Shown here: one piece after another, positions 50,220-64,000 of the stretch
Layout of the letters: each line of letters opens with the position of its first letter
Numbering within the stretch: the first letter of the stretch is position 1
Assembly: GCF_009914755.1 (NCBI RefSeq)
Contig: NC_060928.1
DNA from: the human T2T-CHM13v2.0 reference genome, Homo sapiens
Length of the DNA stretch: 64,000 nt
Strand: one strand, 5' to 3'
The notes under the pieces: generated by a model
Database searches by the model: none
What the model was told of the DNA's origin: nothing
The model's input: the letters and a program-made list of their open reading frames with translations, nothing else
Translations under genes and position numbers: made by a program

Positions 50220-50540
50220 AGGGCCCCCCTCTTGGGCTAGGCCGGCGTACCCCTGCACCCGACCCCTGCAGTACCTGCAGATGGGTGTTGCTGCCGCCTT
50301 CGCTCTCCCAGCTTTGAACCACTCGTCTCTGCGTCACTTCCCGTTGGGAGCATCTGATTGGCTGAGTCCAGTTCAGAAGCACATTGGGAGCCTCTGATTT
50401 GCTGGGCTAAGTCACTTACTACCTGCATCCCCTTTCTAGTCCTCTAGCTGGAGACATTCCCCGCCTTCCACCAAGGCTCCTGCGCCAGGCGGTACCCAAA
50501 CTTAGGAAAAGGGTTGAGATGTTACCGGAAAAAGGAAGTT
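50220..50540. promoter_or_regulatory. Putative promoter/enhancer (ETS-CRE, CCAAT, ETS)
   Basis: Locally GC/CpG-enriched unique DNA; GGGAAGTGACGCA (-, 50330-50342), CCAATC (-, 50356-50361), CCGGAA..AGGAAGT (50525-50540). Confidence 0.5.
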
Positions 50541-50587
50541 CATTACACATTTTAAGCATGTATTTTCAGAGACACTGAAACATCTGA

Positions 50588-51303
<716 letters not shown>

Positions 51304-53317
51304 TCATGTTGGGGAAGGAGATAAACAGAAAGAGATGGCAAAGACAGACAAGACTGTTAGAGGGCAGAAGATGGAGAAGCAGCAGGAGCCAGGAAAGTGA
51401 ACTAATTCTGACTGTCACCTGATGTCAGACACATTGTCTCAGTGCTCACTGCGATTCTGTGAGGTGGGCGCTTTTGCTCCTATGCAACGCATAAGAAGAT
51501 GGGAACGCAAAGTAAAATGACTGTGAGGGTCACCCACTAGTAAGCAGTGCAGCCAGGAATCCCGCAAGATCTGTCTGACCCCAAAGCCCAGGCTTTTTCC
51601 CTAGGCTACTATAGTTTCGCCTAGTGCTCCTAAGAAAAGTTGTGGGGCACACATACACTAGAAGAAATACAACCAGAAGAGAAATGAGAAAAGGGAATAC
51701 AACACACACATTTATACATATCTCCAAATTTATGCCTGGGGATATTGCTGTCTCCGTGTCATTCAAAGAAAAAGAAGTGAGAAGGGAGAGAATTCTGTAG
51801 ATTCTGGAATAATAGTTCAGCTCTCTAGCTGCATCTTTCCATGTACCAGGGTTGTGGGATTCAGGGTTCCACCCATTCCTATTCTTCATAGTTCAACAGC
51901 TCTTTATACCTGCACGTGAAGGGTCCTGGTTCTGGACACTTGCAGAGACATTCAGGCAGGGGAGTTACTGATTCCCAATGAAGCCAGGGTAGCAAAGACA
52001 TTCACACCCCAGGAACCCTTAAATGGAAACAAAAGCTCAACTAGGCTGACAGGTAGGAGGCTGCATCACCCCTTTGCAGCTTTGTAAGAAGAGTCTTCCA
52101 GCTTGCACCTTGGACTTTTCAAAACAGTCCAAGAATGTCCTCTGCCAAAAGGAAAAGACCCTGTTGTATCTCTACCATATCTCTTGTCAACACTTTTTTT
52201 TTTTATTGAGCAACCAGAGCAAAACGCTGAAGTGAACTTTGTAGCTGTTTCACTAAAAAATCAAACACTGGCCAAATTGTTTAAAAGCTAACAGTGATCA
52301 GATGGCTATGCCTTTTAACTGCATGTTTGCAAACACACATGTATATTGTCTTGTGTATACTGGCCTACAAAATCATTTTAGTTGGACAATCTTTCTACGG
52401 TTCAGTATGAATCAATATTAGTGCTGTGGTACATTTGTGTGCCTTCATTGAGTTGAACAGAAATCCACCAAGAGGTTTGGTTAATATGTGGCTCTAGTGT
52501 GTATGTCTCAGTCAAGAACATCTGAATGTGTGACTTCTCTAGGCATCGAGCCCAAATTAATTGTGGTGCTCACTCTCTCATATTTATTTTAAGTGTTTAT
52601 AAATTATTATTCTGCTATTCATAATATAGACTTTAATGGGTCTGTATATAAGAATGAAAAAGCATACAGCTATGCAAATCATAATCACAATGGGAGAAAA
52701 ATGGTCTTTTCATGCCTGTTAAAATTTAAGAGCCAAAACAGGAGAATTTTCTGGCCTTTATGGCTGGTCAGAGTCCATCTGTTTCATCTGCTATTTGGCT
52801 GTCTGAACGGTTGGATTTTATTTCCTCTACATCATACTGAACTTTTAAGAACAAACAAAAGACTTTTATCTGAGGATAGTACACAGATGTGTTGTGTTAC
52901 ATACTTAAATAGGCATTTATATGCACCTCGTTTTTATATCTGAAATAATTCGGTGAATGTTTCTTTTTTATCTTTTTTAGCATTTAATCCATGACTCTCA
53001 CCAGTTCAACTAACATACTACAAAATGTCTTACGCAAAACAGCCACTCAAGAATGTTGGATGTTTAAAAGACATTGTTAGTCCAAATAAACTAGGAAAGC
53101 AAGCAAAATTATTTAGAATCAGTACTAGTAAAAGATTTTTATGTGTGTTAAAATTTTTTTCATTACTCTTATTTGTACCAAAAAGTGTAATTTCATGAGG
53201 TTTGATTATATAATACAATAAAAGTTATTATTACTAAGTATACTCTATTTCAGAATAGTCTATATGACATATATTTCTTAGCATTCATAGATTACTAGCC
53301 GCTGTTGCATAAATTGA

Positions 53318-54591
<1,274 letters not shown>

Positions 54592-55115
54592 CTAAGCTAT
54601 TTTTCTGTTTTTAATTCTTTACTTTGGAATATTCTGGACTTACAGAAAAGTTGTAGGATGAACCATTCACATGCATACTTTCTCCAGTCTTCCCTAATGC
54701 TAAAATCTTACAAATCTATGGTACATTTGTCAAAGTAAGAAATTAACACTAGCACATTACTGTTTACTAAATTCCACACTGTATTTGGATTTCATCAATA
54801 TCTTGTTCTGTTTTAGCATCCAATCCAAAAAGCATTTAGTCATCATATCTCCTTAGTCTGCTCTGTTCTGTGACCGTTTTTCAGTCTTTCCTTGTCTTCC
54901 ATGACTTGTTTTATAGAATGTTCCTCACTCTGGGTTTGTCTAATGTTTTCTGAGGATTAGGCTGGAGTTAGGGACTTCAGGGGAAGCCTATATCAGGATG
55001 AAATGCCCTTCTCATCACATCATACCAGGGGTACATGCTACCAACGTGACTTATCACTAGTAATATCAACCTCGTCGCTTAATTAGGTAGTGTTTGCCAG
55101 ATTACTCCACCGTAA

Positions 55116-55419
<304 letters not shown>

Positions 55420-55642
55420 TGAGCCCGGCTCCTACTCTATTTTTAAAACATGGGTCACTAACTCCAGCCCACAACCAAGAGGGAAGGGATTAGGCTTTGT
55501 TTCATGGAGGGAGAAGTATCTACATGTATCATTTAGAAATATGTGGGGAAGATTTGTCCTTTCTCCCCATTTATTTATTTATTCATTCATTTATGTAATG
55601 CGTTTGGACTCACGTACATTTATTTTGTTTTGGGTTATAATC

Positions 55643-56191
55643 TATGATGGTTATTATTGAGCGTCAACTTGATTGGATTGAGGGATGCAAAGTATTGTTT
55701 CTGGGTGTGTCTGTGAGGGTGTTGCCAAAGGAGATTAACATTTGAGTCAGTGGACTTGGAGAGGCGGACCCACCCTCAATCTGAGTGTGCACCATCTAAT
55801 CAGCTGCCAGCACTGGTAGAACAAAGCAGGCAGGAGAAGTTGGGAGGACTTGATTGGCTGAGTCTTCCAGCCTTCATCTTTTTCCCATGCTGGATGCTTC
55901 CCACCCTCAAACATCAGACTCCAAGTTCTTCAGCTTTTGGACTCTTTGACCTACACCAGTGATTTGCCAGGGGCTCTCAGGCCTTCGGCCACAGACTGAA
56001 GGCTGCACTGTCAGCTTCTCTACTTTTGAGGTTTTGGGATTCCAACTGGCTTCCTTGCTCCTCAGCTTGCAGATGGCCTATTGTGGGGCTTCGCCTTGTA
56101 ACTATATGAGTTAATACTCCTTAATAAACTCCCCTTTATATATACATCTATCCTATTAGTCCTGTTCTTCTACAGAACCCTGATTAATACA
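55643..56191 (+). mobile_element. MLT2A (ERVL) solo LTR
   Basis: ..GATGGTTA.TA.TGAGCGTCAACTTGATTGGATTGA start; GAACCCTGATTAATACA end; 5-bp TSD TAATC. Confidence 0.92.
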
Positions 56192-56562
56192 TAATCCAAT
56201 TCTGTGTATTTATTTTGTTGCTCAAAATTGTGTCAGCTTTGATCATTATAGACTTTTTAAAGATGACTCCTGTGTGACTTTGATGCACCCTCCTTGTTTT
56301 GTTTCTTGGGCACTTCCTTACTCTGAGCCTGCAAGATTCCCAGGCTCACCTTGTATTTTCCCTCCTCTATCTCTAGAATCAAATCAGCCATTTTTCCAAG
56401 GACCCCTGATTTCTTTTATTAGAGAATGGTATTTAGCAACCAAGATCTGGGTGCTGGGTATCCTCCTTATGACTGGAGTGGCATTGCTTCTAAACCTAGG
56501 AACACAAGCTCAGAAACTCATGTGTCTATGCTAACCCAAGCATATACACACATATCTCATTT

Positions 56563-56602
<40 letters not shown>

Positions 56603-56620
56603 TCTATCTATCCATCCATG
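56563..56620. repeat. Compound (TCTG)n(TCTA)n(TCCA)n tetranucleotide STR
   Basis: Direct reading. Confidence 0.92.
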
Positions 56621-56687
56621 CATGAGTTCATACCCATGTCTCCAACCTAATCCTGTATGACAGGACACTTCCCTCTTGCTTATTTGT

Positions 56688-56963
56688 ATTTTTTTTTTTT
56701 GAGACGGAGTCTCGCTGTCGCCCAGGCTGGAGTGCAGTGGCGCGATCTTGGCCCCCAGGGTTCACGCCATTCTCCTGCCTCAGCCTCCTGAGTAGCTGGG
56801 ACTACAGGCGCCTGCCACCACGCCCGGCTAATTTTTTGTATTTTTAGTAGAGACAGGGTTTCACTGTGTTAGCCAGGATGGTCTCGATCTCCTGACCTCG
56901 TGATCCGCCCGCCTCAGCCTCCCAAAGTGCTGGGATTACAAGCGTGAGCCACCGCGCCCGGCC
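56688..56963 (-). mobile_element. AluY with short internal deletion
   Basis: AluY diagnostics; TSD GCTTATTTGTA; consensus CTCACTGCAAGCTCC segment absent near 56750. Confidence 0.92.
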
Positions 56964-57109
56964 GCTTATTTGTACTTTCTTTCTGTGTTAGTGAGAACCC
57001 TGGCTCAGGTCTACCTAAACTTTTGCCAGTAATAATCACTAGGTTTTGAATGGAGACAGAAAGTAAGGAGACAATGTGCCCTCTTCATAATCGTGCATAT
57101 TAACCACTG

Positions 57110-57350
57110 CTCCACTGCGATATGGCTAGGAACACAGACACTGAAGCTCGTCCCTTGGGTTTCATCCCGGCATTGTCATTTAATGGCTGTGTGATCTTCG
57201 GTAAATGACTTAAACTATCTGTGCCTCAGTTTCTTCTCCTCTCAAAAAAGAGTCATAATAATGAATATCCCATAGGGCTGAAGGGAGAATTGAAGAAGTT
57301 TACACAAGTAAACACTTCAGAGCAGTGCCCGTCTCATGCTAAGTGCTCAA
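57110..57350 (+). mobile_element. MIR
   Basis: GGCTGTGTGATCTT.GG..AA.TGACTTAA..CTGTGCCTCAGTTTC. Confidence 0.75.
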
Positions 57351-57490
57351 GAATTAACTTTAGAAACAAGTTTATACCAAAAGATTTATTTGACTGAAAT
57401 ATCAACAGCCAACAGGGGCCTGACAAATTAAAATTTTAAGAGTGTTTGTATATATTATTTATAAATCAATATAATAAATAAAGAAAAATA

Positions 57491-60400
<2,910 letters not shown>

Positions 60401-60714
60401 TCTGGATAATTTATAATGAACAAAAACTTATTTGGCTCATGGTTCTGGAGGCTGGAAAGTCCAAGATTGGGAGGCTGCAGCTGATAAGGGCCTTCCTGCT
60501 GCATCATCACATGGCAGAATATATGGCATCACAAAGAAGCATGCACAGGAGACAGAGGAAAACTGGGCTGAAATCCCATGATAATTAACCCACCCTGACT
60601 ATAACGGCATTAATTCATTCATGGAGCAGGGCCCTCATGACCTAATCACTTCTTAAAGGGCCCACCTCAGTACCATTGACATGAGTTTTGGAGGGGATGT
60701 TTAAACCACAGCAC
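60401..60714 (-). mobile_element. MST LTR, truncated
   Basis: TGGCTCATGGTTCTGGAGGCTGG.AAGTCCAAG..AAACCACAGCA. Confidence 0.75.
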
Positions 60715-63500
<2,786 letters not shown>

Positions 63501-63505
63501 AGCTC

Positions 63506-63887
63506 TATATTAGTCTGTTGTCATACTGCTATAAAGAATATATAGCCTGGGTAATTTATAAAGCAAACAGGTTTAATCGGCTCATGGTTCTGCAGGCTGT
63601 ATAGGAAGCATGGCTGGGGAGGCCTCAGGAAACTTATTGATTATGGAAAAAGGTGAAGGGGAGGCAGGCATGTCTTACGTGGCCAGAACAGAAGAGAGGG
63701 AGAAGGGAGGGGTGCCACACACCTTTACACGACCAGATCTCATGACGACAGCTCACTCACTATCACCAGAACAGTACTCAGAGGAAACGCGCCCCCATGA
63801 TCCAGTCACCTCCTGCCAGGCCCCAGCTCCTGGAAATTACAATTCAACATCAGATATGGGCGGGGACACAAATCCAAACCATAATCA
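63506..63887 (-). mobile_element. MSTA/B LTR
   Basis: TATATTAGTCTGTT..GGAGGCCTCAGGAAACTTA..ACAAATCCAAACCATA. Confidence 0.88.
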
Positions 63888-63954
63888 GCTGTATACTAGA
63901 TAATATTTGCTGTATCAATTTTAATTTCTTAGGTTTGATAATATTGTAGTTATA

Positions 63955-64000
63955 GGCCGGGCACGGTGGCTCACGCTTGTAATCCTAGCACTTTCGGAGG
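63955..64000 (+). mobile_element. Alu 5' end (runs off the window)
   Basis: GGCCGGGCACGGTGGCTCACGC. Confidence 0.9.

Overview
Great-ape-type (SVA-bearing, probably human) intergenic DNA, mostly interspersed repeats: about 45 Alu copies or fragments, old L1s, MaLR/ERVL/ERV1 LTRs, a full-length SVA, a solo LTR12 and a near full-length Tigger2. I find no intact protein-coding gene; nearly all ORF-track entries are repeat read-throughs. Two processed pseudogenes sit in the first 11 kb. (1) A heavily decayed, ancient SMN retrocopy on the minus strand (130-1262) is cut by an MLT2 LTR one base past the exon 6 junction. (2) A CIBAR1/FAM92A1 retrocopy (~9197-10857) fossilises a non-canonical mRNA: it reads through a U12-type (GTATCCTTT) donor, carries a 140-nt extra cassette and lacks the Ser-Gln codons. 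From memory this fits CIBAR1P2 at 4q35.1, but I have not verified that. Other signals are a template-switch-like hairpin in an LTR, a perfect 159-bp duplication in the LTR12 NF-Y array, an Alu-Alu recombination deletion scar, a strong CTCF motif and a small ETS-CRE/CCAAT promoter-like element. Repeat subfamily names are by eye and boundaries are approximate unless target-site duplications (TSDs) are quoted.
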